From positions 1-60,259 of the forward strand of contig JBDHZN010000001.1 of NCBI GenBank assembly GCA_039811845.1: 60,259 nucleotides of DNA, read 5' to 3'. Below the pieces are notes generated by a model. It did no database searches. It worked only from the letters and a program-made list of their open reading frames with translations, and had not been told where the DNA came from. Shown here in pieces: positions 39,773 through 49,340 of the stretch. The DNA is from Micropruina sp. Lineage in GTDB: Bacteria; Actinomycetota; Actinomycetes; Propionibacteriales; Propionibacteriaceae. The position numbers and the translations under genes were made by a program. Numbering within the stretch: the first letter of the stretch is position 1; every line of letters begins with the position of its first letter.

Positions 39773-39947
39773 GCGATCTCCTCCATCGACTACCACTCTC
39801 TACGCAGCGGAGGTCCGAATGGTTGCCTCCCAGCCGAAAGTGGGTCGAGTTGGTTCCCGCTGGTCGAGCTTGTCCCACCGAGGGTTGAGCTTGTCGAAAC
39901 CCGTCCAAAGTGGTTTCGACAAGCTCAACCAGCGGCGGTGGCGTTGA

Positions 39948-40415
39948 TCAGCTGGCCCAGCGGGCGACCTGCCGAGCCAGCCGACGCAGGGTGGCCTGGA
40001 GTTGTTCCGGGGTGCGGTTCGGGACGCCGAAGCGCTCGATGTTCTCCTCCGAGGTGCCGGTCCAGTCGTAGGTCAGGGTGACCTTGGTGCCGTCGTCGGT
40101 GGGGGTGAGGTCGTAGCGTCAGGTCCAGCCGAGCGGCCGGCCTCCGACCAGGGCGGTCATCCACGCGATCGAGCGTTCCGGTACGAAGACGGTGACGTGG
40201 TTGTCGGACCGGTATCGAGTGATTTCCGTACCGTCGTCCCAGCTCATGTTCATGGTGAACACCTGCCCGATGTGGCTCAGCAGGTCGTCGGTGACCGGCG
40301 TGCCGACGGTGCCCGAGTCGTCCAGCCGGGTGTGCTGCGCCGGATCCACCAACACTGCCCAAATGGCGCCGGCCCCGACCGGAATCGGCAGTTCGGCGGT
40401 GTGGACGGTGGTCAT
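39948..40415 (-). pseudogene. SRPBCC/polyketide-cyclase-like gene with an internal TGA
   Basis: Frame continues past the stop at 40119-40121: GWT*RYDLTPTDDGTKVTLTYDW... Confidence 0.7.
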
Positions 40416-40575
40416 TCCGACAGCCTACGGAAGCGCTGCCCTTCGTTGGTCGAGCGTGCCGCATGCCGAGGGTTGAGCTTGTCGACGCTTGCGGGTTGAG
40501 CTTGTCGAAACCCGTCCGGAAGGGTCTCGACAAGCTCGACCAGCGGTGGCTGGGTGGGGTCTCCGAGGCTAGCCC

Positions 40576-41433
40576 TCAGAGACCCATCGGGTGCCAGACT
40601 GTCTTGATCTCCAGGAAACGGGTCATCCGGTCCAAGTCCGGTGGGGCGGTCAGATCCTCGACACCGCGACGGCGAACCCGTTTCAGGTTGTCGGCGGCTG
40701 CGATCTCCAGATCGCGGGCCAGGTCGGCGTCCGTCACACCGGTCAGATCCAGGCCGTTGACGTCCATGTGGGACGCCAGCCACGGGCCGATCTCGGCGGC
40801 GTCCCCGGTCAGGATGTTCACCACCCCACCCGGCACATCGGACGTCGCCAGCACCTCGGCGAAGGTGATGGCCAGCAGCGGCGCGGGCTGCGAGGCGACC
40901 ACCACACAGGTGTTGCCGACCGCGATCAGCGGCGCCACCACCGACACCAGCCCGAGCAACGGCGAATCGGGTGCGAGCACCGCGACCACCCCGGTCGGCT
41001 CCGGTGTCGACAGGTTGAAGTACGGTCCGGCAACGGGGTTCGCGGCGCCGTCCACCTGGGCGATCTTGTCCGTCCAGCCGGCGTACCAGACCAGCCGGTC
41101 GATCGCCGCGTCCACCTCGGCCCGGGCCTCGGCCGGCTTGGCGCCGACAGCGGCGACGATCTCGGCCTCGAACTGCGCCCGCCGCGACTCCAGCACCTCG
41201 GCGACCCGGTACACCACCTGGCCGCGGTTGTACGCCGTCCGCGACGACCAGCCGCCGAAGGCGGAGCGGGCCGCCTTCACTGCGTCCCGGGCGTCCTTGC
41301 GGGACGCTTTGGCCGCATTCGCCAGCAGGGCCCCGGAGGCGTCGTCGACCAGGTAGGTGCGCCCCGACTCCGAGCGCGGAAAGGCGCCGCCGATGTACAG
41401 CTTGTAGGTCTTGCGGACGTCCGTACGGCTCAC
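40576..41433 (-). CDS. Short aldehyde dehydrogenase family protein (NAD-binding domain only)
   Basis: KTYKLYIGGAFPRSESGR, EPTGVV, GVVNILTG, EIKTVWHP; GTGA overlap. Confidence 0.85.
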   Translation of the reverse strand: MSRTDVRKTYKLYIGGAFPRSESGRTYLVDDASGALLANAAKASRKDARDAVKAARSAFGGWSSRTAYNRGQVVYRVAEVLESRRAQFEAEIVAAVGAKPAEARAEVDAAIDRLVWYAGWTDKIAQVDGAANPVAGPYFNLSTPEPTGVVAVLAPDSPLLGLVSVVAPLIAVGNTCVVVASQPAPLLAITFAEVLATSDVPGGVVNILTGDAAEIGPWLASHMDVNGLDLTGVTDADLARDLEIAAADNLKRVRRRGVEDLTAPPDLDRMTRFLEIKTVWHPMGL

Positions 41434-42860
41434 TGCAGGTACCCTTCCAGCCCGTGTCGGCCGCCCTCGCGGCCGTACCCCGACTCCTTGTAGCCGCCGA
41501 ACGGGCTGGCCGGGTCGAAGCGGTTGAACGTATTGCTCCACACCACGCCGGCACGCAGCTGCGAAACCATCCACAGGATCCGGGAGCCCTTCTCGGTCCA
41601 GATCCCCGCGGACAATCCGAACGGGGTGTTGTTGGCCTTCTCGACCGCCTCCTTCGGGGTGCGGAAGGTGAGCACCGACAACACCGGACCGAAGATCTCT
41701 TCGCGGGCGATCCGGTGCGCCTGGGAGACCCCGGTGAAGATCGTCGGTGCGAACCAGAACCCCTTGTCGGGCAGCGCGCAGGCCGGCGACCAGCGGCCCG
41801 CCCCCTCGGCCTCGCCGATGTCGGAGAGGCGCCGGATCTTGGCCAGTTGCTCGGCCGAGTTGATCGCCCCGATGTCGGTGTTCTTGTCCAGCGGATCGCC
41901 CAGCCGCAGGGTGGCCATCCGAGCCTTCAGCTTGGCCAACACCTCCTCAGCCACCGACTCCTGCACCAACAGCCGCGAGCCGGCGCAGCAGACGTGGCCC
42001 TGGTTGAAGAAGATGCCGTTGACGATGCCCTCGACGGCCTGGTCGATCGGGGCGTCGTCGAAGACGATGTTGGCCGCCTTGCCGCCCAACTCCAGAGTGA
42101 CCCGCTTGTCCGTGCCGGCCACGGTACGAGCGATCGACTTGCCGACCTCGGTGGATCCGGTGAACGCCACCTTGTCGATGTCGTGGTGGGCGATCAGGGC
42201 GCGTCCGGTCTCACCGGCACCGGTGATGATGTTGACCACGCCGGGCGGCAGGTCTGCCTGCTGGCAGATCTCGGCGAACAGCAGCGCGGTCAGCGGGGTG
42301 GTCTCGGCGGGCTTGAGCACGACGGTGTTGCCGCAGGCCAGCGCGGGGGCGATCTTCCAGGACAGCATCAGCAGCGGGAAGTTCCACGGGATCACCTGCC
42401 CGGCCACCCCCAGCGGTTGCGGGTTGGGTCCGAAGCCGGCGTATCCCAGCTTGTCGGCCCAGCCTGCGTAGTAGAAGAAGTGGGCGGCCGCAGTGGGCAC
42501 GTCGACGTCCCGGGACTCCTTGATCGGCTTGCCGTTGTCGATCGATTCCAGCACGGCGAACTCCCGGGACCGTTCGGCCAGCAGCCGGGCGATCCGGAAC
42601 AGGTATTTGCCGCGTTCGGCGCCGGACATCCGCGACCACGGGCCGAAAGCCTTCCGGGCGGCCGCGACCGCGGCGTCCACGTCGGCCTCGGACGCCTCGC
42701 TGACCTGCGCCAACACCTCCTCGGTGGCCGGGTTGATGGTGCTGAAGCCGTTGCCGCGCCCGTCGACGAATTCGCCGCTGATGAACAGCCCGTAGGCGGG
42801 TTTGATGTCGACGATCGAGCGCGATTCCGGCGCCGGGGCGTAGTCGAAGCTGATGCTCAT
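41430..42860 (-). CDS. Aldehyde dehydrogenase
   Basis: IPWNFP, FTGSTEVG, LELGGK, GHVCCAGSR, EEIFGP. Confidence 0.93.
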   Translation of the reverse strand: MSISFDYAPAPESRSIVDIKPAYGLFISGEFVDGRGNGFSTINPATEEVLAQVSEASEADVDAAVAAARKAFGPWSRMSGAERGKYLFRIARLLAERSREFAVLESIDNGKPIKESRDVDVPTAAAHFFYYAGWADKLGYAGFGPNPQPLGVAGQVIPWNFPLLMLSWKIAPALACGNTVVLKPAETTPLTALLFAEICQQADLPPGVVNIITGAGETGRALIAHHDIDKVAFTGSTEVGKSIARTVAGTDKRVTLELGGKAANIVFDDAPIDQAVEGIVNGIFFNQGHVCCAGSRLLVQESVAEEVLAKLKARMATLRLGDPLDKNTDIGAINSAEQLAKIRRLSDIGEAEGAGRWSPACALPDKGFWFAPTIFTGVSQAHRIAREEIFGPVLSVLTFRTPKEAVEKANNTPFGLSAGIWTEKGSRILWMVSQLRAGVVWSNTFNRFDPASPFGGYKESGYGREGGRHGLEGYLQ

Positions 42861-42873
42861 GGGTGTCCCTGGG

Positions 42874-43824
42874 TCAGTCGAGAGTGAAGTAGTCGGGGCC
42901 GGAGTAGCGTCCTGTGGCCATCTTGGTGCGCTGCATCAACAGGTCGTTGAGCAGCGTGGACGCCCCGAACCGGAACCAGTCCGGGCTCAACCAGTCGGGC
43001 CCGGCGATCTCGTTCACCATCACCAGGTACTTGATGGCGTCCTTGGAGCTGCGGATTCCGCCGGCCGGTTTCACCCCGACTTGGCGTCCGGTGGCCAGCC
43101 GAAAGTCGCGGACGGCTTCCACCATCACCAACGTCACCGGCAGGGTGGCCGCCGGCTGGATCTTGCCGGTGGACGTCTTGATGAAGTGCGCGCCGGCCAG
43201 CATCGCCAGCCAGGACGCCCGGCGCACGTTGTCGTAGGTCTGCAGCTCGCCGGTCTCGAAGATCACCTTCAGGTGCGCCCCACCGCACGCCTCGCGGACG
43301 GCGGCGATGTCCTCGAACACCTCCAGGTAGCGGCCGGACAGGAACGCGCCGCGGTCGATCACCATGTCGATCTCGTCGGCGCCGGCCGCTGCTGCCTCGG
43401 CGACGTCAGTCAGCCGTACCCGACGTGAGGCACGTCCGGATGGGAACGCGGTCGCCACCGCGGCCACCTTCACCTCGGAGCCCTGCAGCGCGTCCTTGGC
43501 GATGCCCACCATGTCGCCGTAGACGCAGATGGCCGCGGTGTGCGGGCAGGACGGATCGGCCGGGTCGGGGCGCATCGCCTTGCTGCACAGCGCCCGCACC
43601 TTGCCCGGGGTGTCCATGCCCTCCAGGGTGGTCAGGTCGACCATGCCGATGGCCAGATCGAGCGCCCACTGCTTCGCGGTGGTCTTGATCGACCGGCTGC
43701 CCAGAGACGCCGCCCGCTGGTCGGCACCGACCTGATCGACGCCGGGCAGGCCGTGCAGGAAACGGCGCAATGCCGCGTCCGAGGCCGAGACGTCGCCCAG
43801 GTTCGACTGCAGTGTCGTACTCAC
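42874..43824 (-). CDS. deoC: Deoxyribose-phosphate aldolase
   Basis: DLTTLEG, GADEIDMV, LKVIFETGEL, FIKTSTGK, KPAGGIR. Confidence 0.93.
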   Translation of the reverse strand: MSTTLQSNLGDVSASDAALRRFLHGLPGVDQVGADQRAASLGSRSIKTTAKQWALDLAIGMVDLTTLEGMDTPGKVRALCSKAMRPDPADPSCPHTAAICVYGDMVGIAKDALQGSEVKVAAVATAFPSGRASRRVRLTDVAEAAAAGADEIDMVIDRGAFLSGRYLEVFEDIAAVREACGGAHLKVIFETGELQTYDNVRRASWLAMLAGAHFIKTSTGKIQPAATLPVTLVMVEAVRDFRLATGRQVGVKPAGGIRSSKDAIKYLVMVNEIAGPDWLSPDWFRFGASTLLNDLLMQRTKMATGRYSGPDYFTLD

Positions 43825-43878
43825 CCAGGCAGCATAGTGACCGGCTCAGACGGTTTGTTCCTCCGAGTCGTCCGGGAG

Positions 43879-44637
43879 TCAGCTCGCTTCAGCCGCCGCC
43901 AGCCAGGCGGCGCCAACGATCCCAGCCCGGTTCTGCAGCTGGGCAGGGACGATCGGCGTCCGCAGCTTCAGTTTGGGCAGGAATTTGTCGGCCTTCTTGC
44001 TGATGCCGCCGCCGACCACCATCAGGTCGGGGGAGAACAGGAACTCCACCGTCTCGTAGTAGCGCTGCAGCCGTGGCACGTACTCGCTCCACTTCAGGCC
44101 CTCGCGCTCTCGGGCGCTGGCCGCCGCCCGCTTCTCGGCGTCGTAGCCGTCGATCTCCAGATGTCCGAGTTCGGAGTTCGGCACCAGCACACCGCGGTGG
44201 ATGATCGCCGATCCGATACCGGTGCCCAGGGTGGTGACGATGACCAGGCCCGGATGCCCCTTGGCCGCACCGAAGCCGACCTCGGCGACACCGGCGGCGT
44301 CCGCGTCGTTGACCAGCACGATGTCGCGACCCAGGGCGTCTTCGAAGATCTGCTCGGCCGGGCAGTTCACCCAGGACTCGTGAATATTGGCCGCCGAAAT
44401 GGTGACGCCGTGCTGCACGATCGCCGGAATGGTGATGCCGATCGGTCCGTCGCCGAGCTGATCGGCGAAGTTCTCCACGATCTCGCCGACGACAGCGGCC
44501 ACATTCGCCGGGGTCGATTCGGACGGCGTATCGATGCGCAACCGCTCTGTCGCGAAGTCACCGGCCGTCAGGTCGACCAGGGCACCCTTGATGCCCGAGC
44601 CGCCGATATCGATGCCGAGTGCAAGATTCGAAGTCAT
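43879..44637 (-). CDS. ppgK: Polyphosphate glucokinase (ROK)
   Basis: GIDIGGSGIKG, NDADAAG, TLGTGIGSA, ELGHLE. Confidence 0.9.
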   Translation of the reverse strand: MTSNLALGIDIGGSGIKGALVDLTAGDFATERLRIDTPSESTPANVAAVVGEIVENFADQLGDGPIGITIPAIVQHGVTISAANIHESWVNCPAEQIFEDALGRDIVLVNDADAAGVAEVGFGAAKGHPGLVIVTTLGTGIGSAIIHRGVLVPNSELGHLEIDGYDAEKRAAASAREREGLKWSEYVPRLQRYYETVEFLFSPDLMVVGGGISKKADKFLPKLKLRTPIVPAQLQNRAGIVGAAWLAAAEAS

Positions 44638-44742
44638 GACGGAACCCTAGAGGTTCCCCAGCTAGCACTGTCGAGAGGATCGCGCCAGCCCGTCGCCGCC
44701 TGAGCAATCTCATGGAGATGCCGGACGCGAGCGGAAGGCCTC

Positions 44743-44818
44743 CGGTGACCAAACGCACCGTCCCCACGGTCACTGGGGACGGTTCTCTTGGTCACCGAGG
44801 ACGGTTCTTCTGGTCACC
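44743..44818. repeat. REP family C hairpin
   Basis: accgtcccca/tggggacggt nested inside cggtgacca/tggtcaccg. Confidence 0.65.
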
Positions 44819-44890
44819 CGAGGCGTTGGGCCCGCAGCGGACGCGCGGCACCGGTTGGGCGAGCGGGGTGGGATTTGCCAGACTGTGACC

Positions 44891-45856
44891 GTGAGTTCAT
44901 GGTTGGTGACCGGCGGTGCCGGATATATCGGTGCCCACGTGGTGCGCGCCTTCGCTGCGGTCGGCATTACCCCGGTCGTCTATGACGACCTTTCCTCGGG
45001 GTTCGCCGGCTTTGTTCCTGACGGGGTGCCGTTCGTGCAGGGCGACGTCCTCGACGTCGAGACCCTGACCGAGACGCTGTCCGCGCATGATTGCGCGGGG
45101 GTGGTGCACGTCGCGGGCTTCAAATACGCCGGGGTGTCGGTGAATCGGCCGCTGCACACCTACAACCAGAACGTCACCGGAATCGCCAAGGTGCTCGACG
45201 CGATGCACCGCGCCGGGGTGAACAAGATGGTGTTCTCGTCCAGCGCCGCCGTTTATGGCACGCCCGAAACCGAGCTCGTCACCGAGGCTTCGCCGACCCG
45301 TCCGGAATCGCCGTACGGGGAGTCGAAACTGATCGGCGAGTGGCTGATCGCCGACGTGGCCCGCGCCTGGCCCGAGTTCGCCGGGGTCAGCCTGCGCTAC
45401 TTCAACGTGGTCGGCTCGGCCAGCAACGAGGTCTACGACGCCAGCCCGCACAACCTGTTCCCGATCGTCCTTGAGGCGCTCATCGAAGGCCGGACGCCGA
45501 AGGTCAACGGCACCGACTACCCGACCCCGGACGGCAGCTGCCTCCGCGATTACGTCCACGTCGGCGACCTCGCGGTCTCCCATGTGGCGGCCGCGCAAGC
45601 ATTGGAGGCGGGCCGTCCGCTCCGGCCGGCGTACAACCTGGGCAGCGGCGACGGACTCAGCGTCCTGCAGATCATGGACGCGATGCGCCGCGTCACCGGC
45701 ATCGAGTTCACCCCCGAGGTAGGCCCGCGGCGTCCGGGTGATCCGGCCCGGATCGTCGCCGACGGCCAAGCCGCTGCCGCCGACCTGGACTGGCAGATGC
45801 GGCACACCGTGGACGACATGGTCCGCAGCGCCTGGGACGCCCGCCGCGCCCATTAG
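44891..45856 (+). CDS. galE: UDP-glucose 4-epimerase
   Basis: VTGGAGYIG, FSSSAAVYG, YGESK, LRYFN, RDYVHV, RRPGDP. Confidence 0.92.
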   Translation: MSSWLVTGGAGYIGAHVVRAFAAVGITPVVYDDLSSGFAGFVPDGVPFVQGDVLDVETLTETLSAHDCAGVVHVAGFKYAGVSVNRPLHTYNQNVTGIAKVLDAMHRAGVNKMVFSSSAAVYGTPETELVTEASPTRPESPYGESKLIGEWLIADVARAWPEFAGVSLRYFNVVGSASNEVYDASPHNLFPIVLEALIEGRTPKVNGTDYPTPDGSCLRDYVHVGDLAVSHVAAAQALEAGRPLRPAYNLGSGDGLSVLQIMDAMRRVTGIEFTPEVGPRRPGDPARIVADGQAAAADLDWQMRHTVDDMVRSAWDARRAH

Positions 45857-45873
45857 TTGGTCCTGTCGCACAA

Positions 45874-46074
45874 TCGGGGACGGTTCTTTTTCGTTCGAAA
45901 TTCGCACGCCGGGGGACGGACCTTGCCGTGAGAGAACCGTCCCTCTGATGTGCGATTTTCGAATAGTCGGGGACGGTTCTTTTTCGTTCGAGATTCGCAC
46001 GCCGGGGGACGGACCGTGCGCGCGAGAACCGTCCCTTCGACATGTGATTTTCGCATCCGGAAGAACCGTCCCCC
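45874..46074. repeat. REP family C composite, ~93-bp unit duplicated
   Basis: tcggggacggttctttttcgttcga at 45874 and 45967; shares tgcgattttcgaat with the 19768 repeat. Confidence 0.8.
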
Positions 46075-46123
46075 AATGTTCGAACCCCCTCGGTGGCCGA
46101 GGTGTCGAGGGGCTTCGATGGGG

Positions 46124-47638
46124 TCAGGCGGCGGGCGGGGTCTCGAGCAGGGTGACCAGTCGCGCCGTCCGGGCTCGTGAGGTTTCGTCGAGCAGCAGGG
46201 TGCGGGCGAGGTCGGACGAGATGTTCCGGGCCGCGCTGGTGGCCAGGATCTGGGTGGTGTGGAAGCCGACGGTGGCCAGGCCGAGCCGGCGCCGAATAGG
46301 ACCCTGCTCGACCGCGAGGGACTGGACGCGGGCGTGCGGCACGATCATCTGCACCCGGGTGAACCAGCCGGCCCGGGTGAGCAGCACCGAGTCGTCGTAG
46401 CCCCAACCCACCCAGCGATGACTGAACGGCTGCAACCAGCGGGCCCGCTCCGGGGACGGCCGGACGTCGATCTCGTCCAGCCGCAGTCCGGGCCAGATGG
46501 TGGCCAGCACCAGCTCGACCTCGTCACGGGTGCCGACCGGTAGCAGGATGCTGGTGGTACCGGCCTGATCCTCGTCGTGGGCCAGCCCGTGATTGCCCAG
46601 CACGGCCATGTCCACCCGGTACAGACCGAGCCGGCGCCACCACAGCGGCTGCGCGATCCGCAACGACTGAATGCGATGCCGCGGCACCGACTGGCTGGTC
46701 AGGCTGGTCAGCCCACGGGTGATCTTCAGTCCGGGTCCGCTGCGCAGGAAGGCGTAGTTCCACTGCCCGATGACCCGGTGCAGGACGAAGCTCCACAGGC
46801 CGCCGAGCGCCGGCAGCAGCACACCGATCAACAACCAGGGACTGATCGCCACCGCCTCGCGGCCGCGTTCGTCGAGGGCGAGCGCGATGCCGATCAGCAG
46901 CAGCGGCACCGTCACCAGCAGCAACTCGTGGGACAGCACCGCGCCCAGCACCAGACGCTGCGGCGGCACCCGCACCAGCACCTCGTCGGCCGCGCCGTGG
47001 TCGGTGAACACGCCGGTCTGGACGTGCTGAGCCAACGCCACCGGACGGATGCCGTGGGCTCGGGCCAGCAGATAGTCGCGCACCGCCGCCGCCCGGGTGC
47101 GGGAGAGGTAGCGCAGCTTGTGTCCGCCTTCGGCGCCGACGTCGATGGAGATCTCGGCCAGCCCGAGCAGCCGGGCGGCGAACGGCTCGGTGATGTCGAC
47201 GGACTGAATGCGGTCGAATCGGATGCGTTGCGAGGTCTTGGTGAACACCCCGGTCTCGATTCGGAGTTCACCGTGGTCGACGATGAACGAGGTGGCCCGC
47301 CAGTCCAGGTAGGCGAAGCCGATCAGTACGAGCACGATCACCGCACCGATCGCGGTGAGCCAGGTGAGCGGTGGCAGCCGGAAGCCGTCGCCACCGTTGA
47401 GTAGTTCCCGACCGACCGCCCAGGCCACCGCGACGACAAGCACCCAGGCACGCACCAGTGGGGTCAGCGGGTGCGGCTTTTCGACCAGCGTGTCCGCCGG
47501 CCTGCCGGGGGCTTCCGACGGAGTGGGAGTCCGGGCACTGAACTCGGTGCCCAAACTCACACTGTCCTCCGCGCCGGATCGCCAGCGAGACAGGCGAGGA
47601 TCGGGGACGCCGGAGAACCGGCTCGGCGGAATGCTCAC
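46124..47638 (-). CDS. YdbT-like membrane protein with bPH_2 domains
   Basis: RIQSVDITEPFAARLLGLA and RIQSLRIAQPLWWRRLGL repeats. Confidence 0.8.
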   Translation of the reverse strand: MSIPPSRFSGVPDPRLSRWRSGAEDSVSLGTEFSARTPTPSEAPGRPADTLVEKPHPLTPLVRAWVLVVAVAWAVGRELLNGGDGFRLPPLTWLTAIGAVIVLVLIGFAYLDWRATSFIVDHGELRIETGVFTKTSQRIRFDRIQSVDITEPFAARLLGLAEISIDVGAEGGHKLRYLSRTRAAAVRDYLLARAHGIRPVALAQHVQTGVFTDHGAADEVLVRVPPQRLVLGAVLSHELLLVTVPLLLIGIALALDERGREAVAISPWLLIGVLLPALGGLWSFVLHRVIGQWNYAFLRSGPGLKITRGLTSLTSQSVPRHRIQSLRIAQPLWWRRLGLYRVDMAVLGNHGLAHDEDQAGTTSILLPVGTRDEVELVLATIWPGLRLDEIDVRPSPERARWLQPFSHRWVGWGYDDSVLLTRAGWFTRVQMIVPHARVQSLAVEQGPIRRRLGLATVGFHTTQILATSAARNISSDLARTLLLDETSRARTARLVTLLETPPAA

Positions 47639-48126
47639 AGGCCGTCCTGGTCGCCGATGCCGATCGCGGTCAACCGGTCGCGCAACTGTTCGGCCTCATC
47701 CCGCGGCAGGCCGGGGATCTTGGCGCCCGACTGCAAGCTGGCGGTCACCAACTCGACGCTGGCAAGGCCTAATGATCTGGTCAGAGGCCCGCTCTCCACC
47801 TTGACGGCCTGCATCCGTCCGTAGGGAATGACCGTGAGCTCCCGGAACCACAGCCCATGGGTCAGATACAGATCCTCGTCGCGCTCGACGTAACCCCAGG
47901 CCCGCACCCACCGAGCCAGCCGGAACCACTGCCACCCCGCCCAGATCAGGCCGACCATGATCACCGCCGACCCCCAGCGCCAGTCGAGGAACAACCAGAC
48001 CGGCACGGTCGCCACCCCGGTCATCACCGCCGTCGTCAGCAGCATCCGGACGCGCACCACCGTGGTGTAGGCGGGCGAGATCCGCAGCCATTCGTGTGCG
48101 GGCGGGGCGAACAGGGTGTCGTCCAT
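47635..48126 (-). CDS. YdbS-like bPH_2 membrane protein
   Basis: 2 TM helices, IPYGRMQ..GPLTRSLGLA..TAS. Confidence 0.82.
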   Translation of the reverse strand: MDDTLFAPPAHEWLRISPAYTTVVRVRMLLTTAVMTGVATVPVWLFLDWRWGSAVIMVGLIWAGWQWFRLARWVRAWGYVERDEDLYLTHGLWFRELTVIPYGRMQAVKVESGPLTRSLGLASVELVTASLQSGAKIPGLPRDEAEQLRDRLTAIGIGDQDGL

Positions 48127-48252
48127 GCGGTTCAGCTTAGGGAACCGCTGATTCTCGTTGGTCGAGCGTGCCGGCACCTTGGCGCGCCGGCCAAGGAGGG
48201 GTTGCCCCGCTCAACCAGCGGTGGCTGAGCCGGCATCGGGGAAGAGTACACC

Positions 48253-48876
48253 TCAGTCGGTCTTCTGCTTCGGACGCTTCATGCGGGCGTCGACGCCGCC
48301 GAACCCGACGAAACCGCGGACCACGACCTTCGGGGCACCCGGCGCGGGCGAACCGGTGACCTTGGCGCCGGCGCCGCCGAAGATCGCCAGCGCCCGGTTC
48401 TCGATATCGGTCCCCTCGGGCACCAGCACGTCGATGCCACCGAACAGGCAGAACACATTGATCTCGCAGGTGTTGTCGGTGAAGGTCGCCTCACGGAGGT
48501 CGATCACGGTGCCGCCAAATAGGTTCAGCACGCTGATGTTGCGGCGAGGCTGCCACCGGCCGCGCCTTTCGGTGGAGCCGAACAGGGTGACGATCAGCTC
48601 GGGTTCGGCGCCGCCCTGGCCGGGCGCCTGCGACCAGGACGGGCTGGGTGACGACGGGGCGTCCAGCGCAACCAGGTCACGGGTGAGCGGGACGAGATCG
48701 TCGAAGGTCTCGGCGTCCGCCGCGGCCTGCATCCGCTCGGCGTGCTCCGCGGTGGTGATCCGGCCCTCCGCATAGGCGGATTCGAGCAGGGTGACCACTT
48801 TGCTCCGATCATTCTCGGAGACGGGCAGGTTCCCGCCGGCGGCGGGACCGACATCGCTGGGTTCGGGAAAGCTCAT
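48253..48876 (-). CDS. DUF1707 SHOCT-like protein with LiaF-like C-terminus
   Basis: SENDR..L..AYAEGRIT..EHAER, LFGG repeats. Confidence 0.82.
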   Translation of the reverse strand: MSFPEPSDVGPAAGGNLPVSENDRSKVVTLLESAYAEGRITTAEHAERMQAAADAETFDDLVPLTRDLVALDAPSSPSPSWSQAPGQGGAEPELIVTLFGSTERRGRWQPRRNISVLNLFGGTVIDLREATFTDNTCEINVFCLFGGIDVLVPEGTDIENRALAIFGGAGAKVTGSPAPGAPKVVVRGFVGFGGVDARMKRPKQKTD

Positions 48877-49019
48877 GAGCTTGACGCTAGTCCCGCCTGC
48901 GGCACAGGGATGCGGCGCGGGCGGCCATCCAGGGTTGGTCTCGGGGTCTCCCTGACCGACGGGCGCGCATCCCGGGGCCGGAGGAGTGGGCCACTGCTCC
49001 CGTCTGACTGGGAACTTTG

Positions 49020-49093
49020 TGGAGCGGGCGACGGGAATCGAACCCGCATTCTCAGCTTGGGAAGCTGATGTTCTGCCATTGAACTACGCCCGC
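49020..49093 (-). tRNA. tRNA-Gly (CCC)
   Basis: Reverse complement GCGGGCGTAGTTCAATGGCAGAACATCAGCTTCCCAAGCTGAGAATGCGGGTTCGATTCCCGTCGCCCGCTCCA: cloverleaf, TTCGA T-loop, encoded CCA. Confidence 0.97.
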
Positions 49094-49340
49094 ACGATCG
49101 CGCGGATCGGCCCGGTCAGTGTAGCCCGAACCCGTAGCCCCACGCATAATCGGCACGGCCCAATAGCAGGAGCGGACGCCGCTGACGCACCACAACGCGG
49201 CAGCGGCGCGACTTCCCGGCAGTCACTTGCTCGAAGAGGCCTGCGGCGACGGACGATCACACATACGTAACACCAAATGTGGGAAGATCACGCGCACTGC
49301 GACACCCGACGCAACCAATGACTCCTGGAGGAGCGAAAAC

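Noticed and set aside
40119-40121. Selenocysteine UGA
   Set aside because: The context suggests Trp rather than Cys, and no SECIS-like hairpin or sel genes were recognised
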